Positions 48,295 to 57,334 of a stretch of 64,000 nucleotides of DNA are shown piece after piece. Origin of the DNA: a bacterium. GTDB lineage: Bacteria > Bacillota > Clostridia > Oscillospirales > CAG-272. Made by a program: the position numbers and the translations under genes. Positions within the stretch are counted from its first letter, which is position 1. Each line of letters starts with the position of its first letter. The notes below the pieces were generated by a model. That model made no database searches and had not been told where the DNA came from. It worked only from the letters and a program-made list of their open reading frames with translations. The stretch is from the NCBI GenBank assembly GCA_963642885.1, contig CAVIJI010000008.1, positions 14,873-78,872 of the forward strand. The letters are read 5' to 3'.

Positions 48295-48345
48295 GTACTG
48301 TAAGGGGTATATGTACATTATAATACCGATTGCGGAAAAAGTCAA
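48295..48345 (-). promoter_or_regulatory. csoR promoter with a third operator box
   Basis: Minus strand: TTGACT (48345-48340), 17-nt spacer, TATAAT (48322-48317), followed by ATACCCCTTACAGTAC (48310-48295). Confidence 0.65.
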
Positions 48346-48390
48346 TACATCTTCGTACCTGCGAACTGTACGATAATTACACGTGCCTGC

Positions 48391-49062
48391 TCAGTCATCC
48401 TCAAATTTCCTCAAGCCTGCTACCTCGGAAACAGGCAACGAGAAACATATAGCTCCCGCACTCGTGTTTGTACCTGCGTTTTTGTTAATAGCACGCATTA
48501 TTTCAGATTTTTTGTCGGCAGACGAAACAATGTAAATCATATCCTTTTCTTCAGCGAGAGAAACTCCGAAAAACTTTTCCGTTTTTGTTTTTCCGGTTCC
48601 TTTAGCATGCAGAACGGTACCTCCCGTTGCCCCCGCCGAACGAGCCGCATCCATTACCATATCAGAGTAACCTTCATTCAGAACCACAATTATCAACTCA
48701 TATTCAAATTCCATGACCGGCTTTGATTCTCCGAGCCTTAGCCCATCTGCTAAATACTCGAGAGTTTTTCCTCCTCCTACTGATTTCATCGGTATCGACA
48801 TCATAATCCCGTTTCCGGGTATATCTATATACATCTTTTTCTTAGCGGTTTTTATCAGCTTTTTGGTTGATTCTGCATCCGCGACGGTACTTATTATCGC
48901 CTTTTCGGTTGTCTCCAGTCCGTAAATGGCAAGATTTTCCGAAGTTGCCGTTCCCTTGCCGAGATTAGTAAGTACCATTGACAGTGACAATTCGTGATGT
49001 ATATCAAGCAATGCAGCTGCCTTGGAGCGATCGGTTATAGTAATAACATAATACAATTCCAT
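48391..49062 (-). CDS. Tandem P-II-like domain protein (two P-II-like repeats, about 223 aa)
   Basis: Start moved to ATG 49062 (GAGGAGGG RBS); the track's extra 66 N-terminal residues overlap the upstream gene. Two beta-alpha-beta repeats: MELYYVITITDRSKAAALL... and YELIIVVLNEGYSDMVMDAARSAGATGGTVLHAKGTG. Confidence 0.6.
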   Translation of the reverse strand: MELYYVITITDRSKAAALLDIHHELSLSMVLTNLGKGTATSENLAIYGLETTEKAIISTVADAESTKKLIKTAKKKMYIDIPGNGIMMSIPMKSVGGGKTLEYLADGLRLGESKPVMEFEYELIIVVLNEGYSDMVMDAARSAGATGGTVLHAKGTGKTKTEKFFGVSLAEEKDMIYIVSSADKKSEIMRAINKNAGTNTSAGAICFSLPVSEVAGLRKFEDD

Positions 49063-49073
49063 AATTGCCCTCC

Positions 49074-50597
49074 TCAATTCTTCCAAAGCTCGATAATTTC
49101 GTCGTCGGCAAATTCGGGAAGCGGTGCTTCTGCTTCGACCTTCTTCGACTTGAAGACGTAAATCGCACCCATAACCTGTACTGTAATCAGAGGCATCATC
49201 GCAACCATAGCTACTATGCCGAATGCATCCGTCATAATATTTCCTCCGATTGCGGAACAAGCACCCATGGCAAACGGAAGCATGAATGTAGCGGTGAGAG
49301 GTCCCGACGCAACACCACCCGAGTCAAAGGCTATAGCGGTAAATGTCGGCGGGACGAAGAAACTCAAAGCAAGCGCTATAATATATCCCGGAAGCATAAA
49401 CCACATTATCGAAATTCCGGTTATGACTCTGATCATCGCCAAGCCCATTGCGGCTGAAATTGCTATTGAAAGGCTCAAACCCATAGCTTTTGCCGATATA
49501 GCACCCGCACTTAATTCCTCAACCTGCTTATTCAGTACATGAACCGCAGGTTCGGCATTTATTATAAACCAACCCATCAGCATAGCGAGCGGAATAAGTA
49601 CAAGCTTAAGACTACGTTCCACAAGTATCTGACCGAGTACATAACCGAGAGACGAAAATCCTACATTAACTCCGGTCAGAAACAAAACAAGTCCTATATA
49701 AGTATACACTATACCGATAATTATCTTTATCAGCGGACGTTTTTTTAATTTGAGTGAAAAAATCTGGTATATTATGAAAAATACAAATATCGGCAGGAGA
49801 GCGAATGCCACTTCCCCGAGATAATCCGGAAGCTCGAGCAAATATTCCCGACCCAACTCAACCGAATCCGCATAGCTTTTGACCAATGTCGAAACCGATG
49901 CCTCGGCACCGTCATTATATATGAAGCTCAGGATAAGCACTGCCAGTATAGGTCCGATAGAACACAGTGCAATCAATCCGAAGCTGTCCGATTTTGCGTT
50001 TTCGTCACTTCGAATGGATGCCACACCCACACCGAGCGCCATAATAAACGGAACTGTTATCGGTCCTGTTGTAACACCGCCCGAGTCGAAAGCTACTGAC
50101 AGAAAACCTTTATCCGCAAACAGCGCCAACAGAAACAGCACGGCATAAAAAGCTACCAGCAGCCATTTCAACGAGATTGCGAAAAGTATTCTGAACATAC
50201 TGACAAGAAGGAACAAACCTACACCGACCGATACGGTCATTATGAGGACCGTCTTATCTATCGCGGGAGCATACGTAGCAAGAACCTGCAAATCCGGTTC
50301 GGCAAGTGTGATAATAAAACCGAGGACAAAGCTGAGTACTAATATAAATCCCAGATTCCTTGATTTTGTCATTTTCGCTCCGACCAGATTACCCATTTGC
50401 GTCATAGACACATCGGAGCCTATATTAAATAAGCTCATTCCGATGATAATCATAACCGAGCCGATCAGAAACGATAGCATAAGTCCGCTTTCGATAGGGA
50501 TAAAAAACAGACAAAGCACTGCTACAATCAGTGTAATCGGCAGCACCGACGCGACTGACTCACGCACCTTTTCCTTAAATAAGTCTTTGGGGAGCAA
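49074..50597 (-). CDS. Fused double DUF1538 membrane protein
   Basis: 507 aa, polytopic. LPITLIV...IITLAEPDLQVLA in the first half and a repeat-like INAEPAVHVLNKQVEE in the second. AFDSGGVTTGP and AFDSGGVASGP are duplicated. Confidence 0.7.
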   Translation of the reverse strand: MLPKDLFKEKVRESVASVLPITLIVAVLCLFFIPIESGLMLSFLIGSVMIIIGMSLFNIGSDVSMTQMGNLVGAKMTKSRNLGFILVLSFVLGFIITLAEPDLQVLATYAPAIDKTVLIMTVSVGVGLFLLVSMFRILFAISLKWLLVAFYAVLFLLALFADKGFLSVAFDSGGVTTGPITVPFIMALGVGVASIRSDENAKSDSFGLIALCSIGPILAVLILSFIYNDGAEASVSTLVKSYADSVELGREYLLELPDYLGEVAFALLPIFVFFIIYQIFSLKLKKRPLIKIIIGIVYTYIGLVLFLTGVNVGFSSLGYVLGQILVERSLKLVLIPLAMLMGWFIINAEPAVHVLNKQVEELSAGAISAKAMGLSLSIAISAAMGLAMIRVITGISIMWFMLPGYIIALALSFFVPPTFTAIAFDSGGVASGPLTATFMLPFAMGACSAIGGNIMTDAFGIVAMVAMMPLITVQVMGAIYVFKSKKVEAEAPLPEFADDEIIELWKN

Positions 50598-50645
50598 AAC
50601 ATTACCTCCTTTTTTATAAAAACGCCGTTTAAATACGGATTATTA

Positions 50646-51422
50646 TCAATTAATCGATTCGAAAATAAAAATGACTATTCCGAGAATAACAAGCACAACA
50701 CCCGTGTATCTGTTAAGTGCCTTTGCCTCCGCATTATTCGCAATAAGCGCGGCTATTCTCGCCCAAACAAACGTAAATGCTATAGACAATACAAGAACGA
50801 ATATATCGGGAGTATTGCCTATTACGAAGTGAGATACGGCACCCGTCAGTGCGGTAAACGTCATGATAAAAACGCTTGTACCTACTGCGGTTTTCAATTC
50901 GTAGCCGAGTACGCTCGTCAGAATCAAAAGCATCATCATTCCGCCGCCCGCTCCGATAAATCCGCAAATAAAACCGATAACCACACCACAAACAATCGAC
51001 TGTACTATGCGTTTTCTCGCCGAAACCGCGGCCATACTCTCCTTTGTTGTCATCACAGGTTTTACTATGAACTTAACGCCGAGTAAAAATGTCATGAAAA
51101 CGGAAAAGTTGCCCATAGCAGTCGACGGCACGAGTTTAGACACGTAGCTTCCGATAACCGTAAACAAAAGAACCGCAGTCATCATAACCGTACCGTTCTT
51201 TATATCCAAATTTTTGTTTTTCCCGTATGTATAAGCCGAGACCGCACTTGCGAGAACATCGGAGGCAAGCGCAATTCCAACCGCCGTATACGGCTCGATA
51301 TTTAAAAACGTGACAAGCATCGGTGTTATCACAGCCGCCGCGCTCATTCCCGCAAAGCCTGTTCCGAGTCCCGCTCCCATTCCCGCAAAAAAAGTTACGA
51401 GAATTATTTTTATTATTTCCAA
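50646..51422 (-). CDS. TauE/SafE (DUF81) family anion exporter-like membrane protein
   Basis: Start placed at TTG 51422, because ORF-track start 51533 lies upstream of the TGGTATAAT -10 element at about 51470. MEIIKIILVTFFAGMGAGLGTGFAGMSAAAVITPMLV and a repeated GxGGG-type motif (GFIGAGGGMMM). Confidence 0.7.
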   Translation of the reverse strand: MEIIKIILVTFFAGMGAGLGTGFAGMSAAAVITPMLVTFLNIEPYTAVGIALASDVLASAVSAYTYGKNKNLDIKNGTVMMTAVLLFTVIGSYVSKLVPSTAMGNFSVFMTFLLGVKFIVKPVMTTKESMAAVSARKRIVQSIVCGVVIGFICGFIGAGGGMMMLLILTSVLGYELKTAVGTSVFIMTFTALTGAVSHFVIGNTPDIFVLVLSIAFTFVWARIAALIANNAEAKALNRYTGVVLVILGIVIFIFESIN

Positions 51423-51587
51423 ATATATGCCCCGAAAAATATTATTCACTATAGAACCATTATACCATAATGACACGTGCAAAAAATGTAAATTGTGTAA
51501 ATTATAAGTTCTATTTTCCCTTTTGTAAAGCAATATCCCTGCGCTTGGGAAACAGCACCGAAATGTAATGGAAAAACTTAAATGATA

Positions 51588-51616
51588 TTGATTTGTCGTA
51601 TGTTTTGATATATAAT
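51588..51616 (+). promoter_or_regulatory. Promoter of the 51647 gene
   Basis: TTGATT (51588-51593), 17-nt spacer, TATAAT (51611-51616). Confidence 0.65.
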
Positions 51617-51646
51617 AATCACATAAAACCCGACACGGAGGTCAAA

Positions 51647-53740
51647 ATGAAAGAATACAACAGAAACGAAGAACGTACCGGTGTACAGGAAGCAGCGATG
51701 TTCAGCCGTGAATTCGATGTACAGAGCGATTTCGTTATGGTATACGGATTCCATGATTTGAAAAACAGAATATCCAAATGGGCAAAAAGAGGATATGTTA
51801 TCCATCTTATGACAGGTGTATCATGGGGCGAATATCAGGATTACCTCTACGGTAAATTTGACGGTATCGATCATCATGACGAAGGACAGCTCAGACGCGA
51901 CGGAAGTGATATCAGCCACGGCAAGGATGTACCTTATATGGTTCCGTCGAATTCATTTGCGCACTATCTTGCTTCAAATCTAAAGAAAGCCGTTGACTAC
52001 GGTGTTGAGGCAATTCATCTCGAAGAACCTGAATTCTGGGTTGCGTCAGGCTATTCGGATGCTTTCAAGAGAGAATGGAAAATATACTATAAGGAAGACT
52101 GGCAGGATCCGCAGTCCACACCCGAGGCACAATACAGAGCATCAAAGCTCAAGCAATATCTGTATACACGAACACTTGACAGACTTTGCTCCGAATTAAA
52201 AGAATATGCTCTCGTAAAATACGGCAGGGTACTGCGCTTCTACGTTCCGACTCACTCGCTTATCAATTATACACAATGGAAGATTGTTTCGCCTGAGTCG
52301 GCACTTATAGATATTCCCACAATAGACGGATATATAGCTCAAATCTGGACAGGCACTTCTCGTGCGGTAAATGTATACCGCGGTGTGCATAAGGAAAGAA
52401 CCTTCGAAACTGCATTTCTCGAATACGGAGTAATGCAGGAGCTTGTTCGCGGTACCGGCAGAAAAATGTGGTATCTCGCAGACCCTATCGAGGACAATCC
52501 GCATCACACATGGGTTGATTATCGTGAAAATTATTACCGCACAGTCACGGCTTCATTATTCCATCCGGAAATATCGGATTACGAGGTATCACCGTGGCCA
52601 AACCGCATAATGAACGGCAAACATCTGCTTGCCGACGGTAAAGAAAGCGGCGGTATTCCCGCGGAATACAAAACAAACCTTCTTGAGGTTATGCACACAC
52701 TTCGTCAGATGAAGGATAACGACAATTCCGAATGGATAACCAAAACATCCGAGGTCGCTGTTATGATCGCAGATTCGTCTATGTTCCAAAGAATCTGCCC
52801 CGTTGCAAACGGTGATGATTCACCCGAGTTTTCTTCATTCTTCGGCCTTGCTCTTCCGCTCTTAAAGGGTGGTATAGCCGCACGTCCCGTTCAGCTTGAC
52901 AATGTAAAAAGATATGCGGGTTATCTTGACGCATATAAGACAATGATTCTTTCATATGAATTTATGAAACCTCAGTCACCCGATATAAACGGAGTTATCG
53001 CAAACTGGGTAAAGAACGGCGGAACTCTTGTTTACGTCGGTGACGGTTCGGACCCGTTCATGAACATCCGCGAATGGTGGAATACAGGACTCGGTACATA
53101 CTCCAATCCCGCGGAACATCTCTTCGAATCACTCGGTCTCTCTCGCAACCCCGATGTAGGCCTTCATAACGTCGGTAACGGAAGAGTTTACTACATAAAG
53201 AAAGCACCAAAAACATTTGCGGATGATCCCGCATCTTCCGATGAACTCCTTTCGATAGTTACCGAGCTAATTAATGCCGAAAATTCGTCAAGTCTCATTC
53301 TTCGCCGCGGTTCATATTACATAACGGCTGTCATGGACGAAACTCAGAGAAGCGAAAAGAAGATTATGAAAGGCAATTTTATCGACCTCTACGATCATAC
53401 TCTTCCCGTCATTGAAGATCCGGAGCTTGAAGTAGGTTCTGTCGGTCTTTGGTTTGATGTATCACGCATTGACAAGACTGACAGTGCTTCCATTATCGCT
53501 CTGTCCGGCAGAGCAGTATCCGTTAAAGCCACACAGCGTGCTCTGAGCTTTACCGTAATGTCTCCTACCGATATGAACGTATCTGCAAGAATCTGGACAA
53601 AGCGCCCTCCGAAATCGATAAAGATTACGGTAGATAAGATAACATCGGATATATCCTTTGAGTATGAACCCGACAGCGAAACAACTTATTTTGCTTACCC
53701 CGCAGGCAATTCAGACGCAAAAATCTCGGTAAGCTTCTGA
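51647..53740 (+). CDS. Hypothetical 697-aa cytoplasmic protein, possibly a glycoside-hydrolase-like TIM barrel with a GH42-type trimerisation-like domain
   Basis: Start at ATG 51647 with a GGAGG RBS. No signal peptide. GVEAIHLEEPEFW acidic motif. Mid-region ...MILSYEFMKPQSPDINGVIANWVKNGGTLVYVGDG resembles the amidotransferase-like fold of beta-galactosidase trimerisation domains. Weak, from memory only. Confidence 0.35.
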   Translation: MKEYNRNEERTGVQEAAMFSREFDVQSDFVMVYGFHDLKNRISKWAKRGYVIHLMTGVSWGEYQDYLYGKFDGIDHHDEGQLRRDGSDISHGKDVPYMVPSNSFAHYLASNLKKAVDYGVEAIHLEEPEFWVASGYSDAFKREWKIYYKEDWQDPQSTPEAQYRASKLKQYLYTRTLDRLCSELKEYALVKYGRVLRFYVPTHSLINYTQWKIVSPESALIDIPTIDGYIAQIWTGTSRAVNVYRGVHKERTFETAFLEYGVMQELVRGTGRKMWYLADPIEDNPHHTWVDYRENYYRTVTASLFHPEISDYEVSPWPNRIMNGKHLLADGKESGGIPAEYKTNLLEVMHTLRQMKDNDNSEWITKTSEVAVMIADSSMFQRICPVANGDDSPEFSSFFGLALPLLKGGIAARPVQLDNVKRYAGYLDAYKTMILSYEFMKPQSPDINGVIANWVKNGGTLVYVGDGSDPFMNIREWWNTGLGTYSNPAEHLFESLGLSRNPDVGLHNVGNGRVYYIKKAPKTFADDPASSDELLSIVTELINAENSSSLILRRGSYYITAVMDETQRSEKKIMKGNFIDLYDHTLPVIEDPELEVGSVGLWFDVSRIDKTDSASIIALSGRAVSVKATQRALSFTVMSPTDMNVSARIWTKRPPKSIKITVDKITSDISFEYEPDSETTYFAYPAGNSDAKISVSF

Positions 53741-53763
53741 CAAATATTTCTATATAAGTGAAA

Positions 53764-53801
53764 ATAACCCGTACACCTATCTGCTGTGCGGGTTATTTTT
53801 T
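53764..53801 (+). terminator. Terminator after the 51647 gene
   Basis: ATAACCCGTACA / TGTGCGGGTTAT hairpin followed by T6. Confidence 0.8.
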
Positions 53802-53904
53802 ACGGAATCTTAGTTAAATAAAGAAAAAACATACCGCCGCACTCCGATAAACGAGTGAGCGGTACGCTTTTTCATGTATAATTTACAATGTCGACTTACT
53901 TAAT

Positions 53905-55014
53905 TCAGTCCTCGAGAATGCCGCATTCAAGGTCATTTCTCATTATAGGAGATTTATCGAAACGAGATTCGATCTTAACTTCTTTTCTCTCGTCGCCGCT
54001 TGTTGTAAAGCCTTCCATGATTTCAAGAACATGGTATGTCTGAGAACAGTTGCATCTGAATTTACGTCCGGTCTGAAGTGCCTTTGCCATATCCGCAAGT
54101 CCGAGTGCACGGCTGTTATCGGCATAGTTATTGAATTCAAGAGGCATTTCACGTGTGCCTTCGCCCGGTGTATGCAACGTTATGGGACCGCCGAAACCGT
54201 TCGGGTCAGGTACATAAAGTGTTCCCTTCGAGCCGTAAACCTCGACTCTTGCCTGTCCGGGATAGTATACATCGAATGTGGTGAACAATGTACCGATAGC
54301 TCCGGATTCAAAGCGCATGGTACCCGCAATGTATGTATTTACATCAACATCGATGATTTCACCGTTATGGGGCTGGCTGGTAATCAGTCTCTTATCAAAG
54401 CTCTTCTTTGTCATAGCGGAAACTTCGCTGACATTGCCGAGAAGGTTAATAAGTGCGGTGATATAATACGGACCCATATCAAACATAGGACCACCGCCGT
54501 ACTTGTAGTAGAATTCCGGGTCCGGATGCCATGTTTCATGTCCGTGGCAGATCATAAATCCCGCACAGCCTATGGGTGTTCCGATTAATCCGTCTTCTAT
54601 AATCTTTCTGCAGGTCTGTATACCGGCACCGAGGAATGTATCGGGTGCTCCGCCGAGCATAAGGTTCTTTTCCTTTGCGATTTTAACAAGCTCTTTTCCT
54701 TCTGCGAGGCTTGCGGCAAGAGGCTTCTCGGAATATACATGCTTACCCGCAAGAAGTGCTGCCTTTGATACTTCGTAGTGCTCATAAGGACGGGTTATAT
54801 TCAATACAATATCAACCTCGGGATCCGCAAACAACTCATACATATCGTTGTACAGCTTCGGTATATTATACTTTTTTACCGCATTTTCAGCACGTTCTCT
54901 GATACGGTCGCATACACCGATAATTTCGATTTCCTTGAATTTATTTGTTATATTTTCGAGGTATATACCCGAAATGGCACCGACACCGACGAAACCTATT
55001 CTGACTTTTTTCAT
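53905..55014 (-). CDS. Gfo/Idh/MocA-family NAD(P)-dependent oxidoreductase
   Basis: 369 aa. N-terminal Rossmann fold MKKVRIGFVGVGAISG and the EKP motif (VYSEKPLA). Confidence 0.88.
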   Translation of the reverse strand: MKKVRIGFVGVGAISGIYLENITNKFKEIEIIGVCDRIRERAENAVKKYNIPKLYNDMYELFADPEVDIVLNITRPYEHYEVSKAALLAGKHVYSEKPLAASLAEGKELVKIAKEKNLMLGGAPDTFLGAGIQTCRKIIEDGLIGTPIGCAGFMICHGHETWHPDPEFYYKYGGGPMFDMGPYYITALINLLGNVSEVSAMTKKSFDKRLITSQPHNGEIIDVDVNTYIAGTMRFESGAIGTLFTTFDVYYPGQARVEVYGSKGTLYVPDPNGFGGPITLHTPGEGTREMPLEFNNYADNSRALGLADMAKALQTGRKFRCNCSQTYHVLEIMEGFTTSGDERKEVKIESRFDKSPIMRNDLECGILED

Positions 55015-55032
55015 TGTTTCCTCCGTTGTAAA

Positions 55033-55755
55033 TCAATACATCTTCGCGTTGTTTTCGAAACGCTCGGTTGTAAGGTTATGGTCGATAGCATACTGCTTTC
55101 CTTCAGCAGCCCAAAGCATACCGCGCTTCATAAGAACTTCTGCTGTGGGTGACTTTTCGAATACATCGTCGTGATGTCCTACTGAAAGGTAGAATACTCT
55201 TCCATTGCCCCAGTACTTCGTCCAAGCTACCGGCATATCGATCGGCTTATTGGAAATATTGTAATATCTTACCTGGGGGAAGCGTGTTGTGGCAAGAACT
55301 TCGATGGCAGGGTCTACATGAAGATAATAGTGCTCACTGCAAACCTCGAAATCCTCAAGTCCTTCTACAAGCGGACTGGAACCATGGCGGATATTTACTT
55401 TGTATACCTGATCGCCTCCACCCGGATGGCTGATCCACTGGCCGCCTGTAATAAACTGCCATTCAGTATTTTCACGGAATGCGTCGCACATACCGCCGTG
55501 GCAACCGGCAATACCTGTTCCCTTGCCTACTGCCTTTGAAACGTTCTGTACTCTTTCCGATGAAAGCTGTCCGCCTGTCCAGCAAGGACAAATAAGGTCG
55601 TATGTGCACAGCTTTTCCGCATCATCAAGACATTCGAGATTGTCGTAGATTTCGGCACTGTAGCCTTCTTCTTCCATAAGACGTGCGAAACGCTCGGAAA
55701 CGAGCTTAGGCTCATGTCCGTCCCAACCACCTTGGAAAATCAAGACCTTTTTCAT
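55033..55755 (-). CDS. ThuA-domain protein (trehalose-utilisation-like, class I amidotransferase-like fold)
   Basis: 240 aa. MKKVLIFQGGWDGHEP...GIAGCHGG...FYLSVGHH. Confidence 0.75.
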   Translation of the reverse strand: MKKVLIFQGGWDGHEPKLVSERFARLMEEEGYSAEIYDNLECLDDAEKLCTYDLICPCWTGGQLSSERVQNVSKAVGKGTGIAGCHGGMCDAFRENTEWQFITGGQWISHPGGGDQVYKVNIRHGSSPLVEGLEDFEVCSEHYYLHVDPAIEVLATTRFPQVRYYNISNKPIDMPVAWTKYWGNGRVFYLSVGHHDDVFEKSPTAEVLMKRGMLWAAEGKQYAIDHNLTTERFENNAKMY

Positions 55756-55772
55756 AAGTACGTTCTCCTTTA

Positions 55773-57296
55773 TTATAGCTCTGCGAGAGCTTTGTAGTCA
55801 TTCTTCAGGTGCGAATAAAGACCTTTGTAAATTCCGTAGAACTTACCGTATTGTACTGTATTTTCTTCTTCTGCTTCGACTGTATCCTTAACCTTAACGA
55901 TTGCGTCGCATGCTTCTTTGACAGTCGGATATAATCCCGCACCGACCATTGCCAAAATCGCCACGCCGAGAGCAGGTCCTTCATCCGATTCGATTGTATT
56001 AACCGGTATACCGTATACATCCGCAAGCATCTTACGCCAAAGCTTACTCTTGCCGCCGCCTCCGCATATCTTCATGCTGTCCGGATGAACATTCATTTCA
56101 TCGAGAACAGACAAGCAGTCCTTGAGCGAGTAGCATACGCCTTCGAGAACAGCACGCGTAATGTCTCCTCTTGTATGCATAGCGGAGAGACCTATGAATG
56201 CACCTCTGCAGTCAGGATCAAGATGAGGAGTTCTTTCACCCATCAGATACGGCAGATACAAGAGTCTGTTTGCGCCTATGGGCGACTCAGCCGCTTCTCT
56301 GTCCATAACTACGTACGGGTCAACACCCTCTTTTTCGGCTTCATGTATCTCTTCGGTGCATATATTATCTCTGATCCATCTCAGTGATAATCCTGCAGCT
56401 TGAGTTACACCCATAACATGCCATGCACCGGGAACGGCACAGCAGAATGTGTGAACTCTGCCCGCGGGATCGATAACAATATTATCGGTATGTGCGAATA
56501 CAACTCCGCTGGTACCGATGGTAGTAAATGCACGTCCGTCGGATACTACACCTTCGCCTACAGCTGCCGCGGCATTGTCACCGGCTCCGCCTACCACGGG
56601 AGTTCCGACGGCAAGGGCGCATTTTTCGGCAGCATCTTTTGTAAGGTAGCCTGTAATTTCGGGGGATTCATATACTTTTCCGAGAAGCTTTTTGTCTATT
56701 CCGAGTTTTTCGAGAACTTCATCGGACCATTGTCTTACGGGTACATCGAGAAGCTGCATACCGCTGGCATCGGAAACCTCTGTCGCATATTCACCCGTAA
56801 GAGTAAATCTGATGTAGTCCTTGGGAAGAAGTATGTGAGCGCATTTTGCGTATATCTCAGGCTCGTGCTTCTTCACCCACATAATCTTGGAAGCGGTGAA
56901 ACCGGTAAGGGCGGGATTTGCGGTAATCTCGATGAGTCGTGCACGCCCGATTATATTTTCTATGTCACGGCATTCCTCACCTGTTCTTTGGTCGCACCAA
57001 ATTATCGAAGGACGGAGAATATTGTTATTCTCATCAAGCATTACCAAACCATGCATTTGTCCCGATATGCCGATTCCCACAACATCGCTTTTATCTACTC
57101 CGCTTTTCGTCATTACGGCATGAACGGTTTCGAACACTGCGTTTTTCCAATCCTCGGGATTCTGTTCAGCCCATCCGTTTTTCGGTTGATATAAAGGATA
57201 TTCAACTGTATTCGAAGCTATCTTTTTTCCGAATTGATCAAACAATACGGTTTTAGTACCCGATGTACCTACATCGATTCCTATCGTATATTTCAT
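55773..57296 (-). CDS. xylB: Xylulokinase (FGGY family)
   Basis: 507 aa. IGIDVGTSGTKTVLFD, GWAEQNPEDW, and the GGGGKS C-terminal motif. Lies in an operon with xylA. Confidence 0.88.
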   Translation of the reverse strand: MKYTIGIDVGTSGTKTVLFDQFGKKIASNTVEYPLYQPKNGWAEQNPEDWKNAVFETVHAVMTKSGVDKSDVVGIGISGQMHGLVMLDENNNILRPSIIWCDQRTGEECRDIENIIGRARLIEITANPALTGFTASKIMWVKKHEPEIYAKCAHILLPKDYIRFTLTGEYATEVSDASGMQLLDVPVRQWSDEVLEKLGIDKKLLGKVYESPEITGYLTKDAAEKCALAVGTPVVGGAGDNAAAAVGEGVVSDGRAFTTIGTSGVVFAHTDNIVIDPAGRVHTFCCAVPGAWHVMGVTQAAGLSLRWIRDNICTEEIHEAEKEGVDPYVVMDREAAESPIGANRLLYLPYLMGERTPHLDPDCRGAFIGLSAMHTRGDITRAVLEGVCYSLKDCLSVLDEMNVHPDSMKICGGGGKSKLWRKMLADVYGIPVNTIESDEGPALGVAILAMVGAGLYPTVKEACDAIVKVKDTVEAEEENTVQYGKFYGIYKGLYSHLKNDYKALAEL

Positions 57297-57334
57297 ATGT
57301 AGCTCCCTTAACTTAGTTTATCTTAATATGTTTA

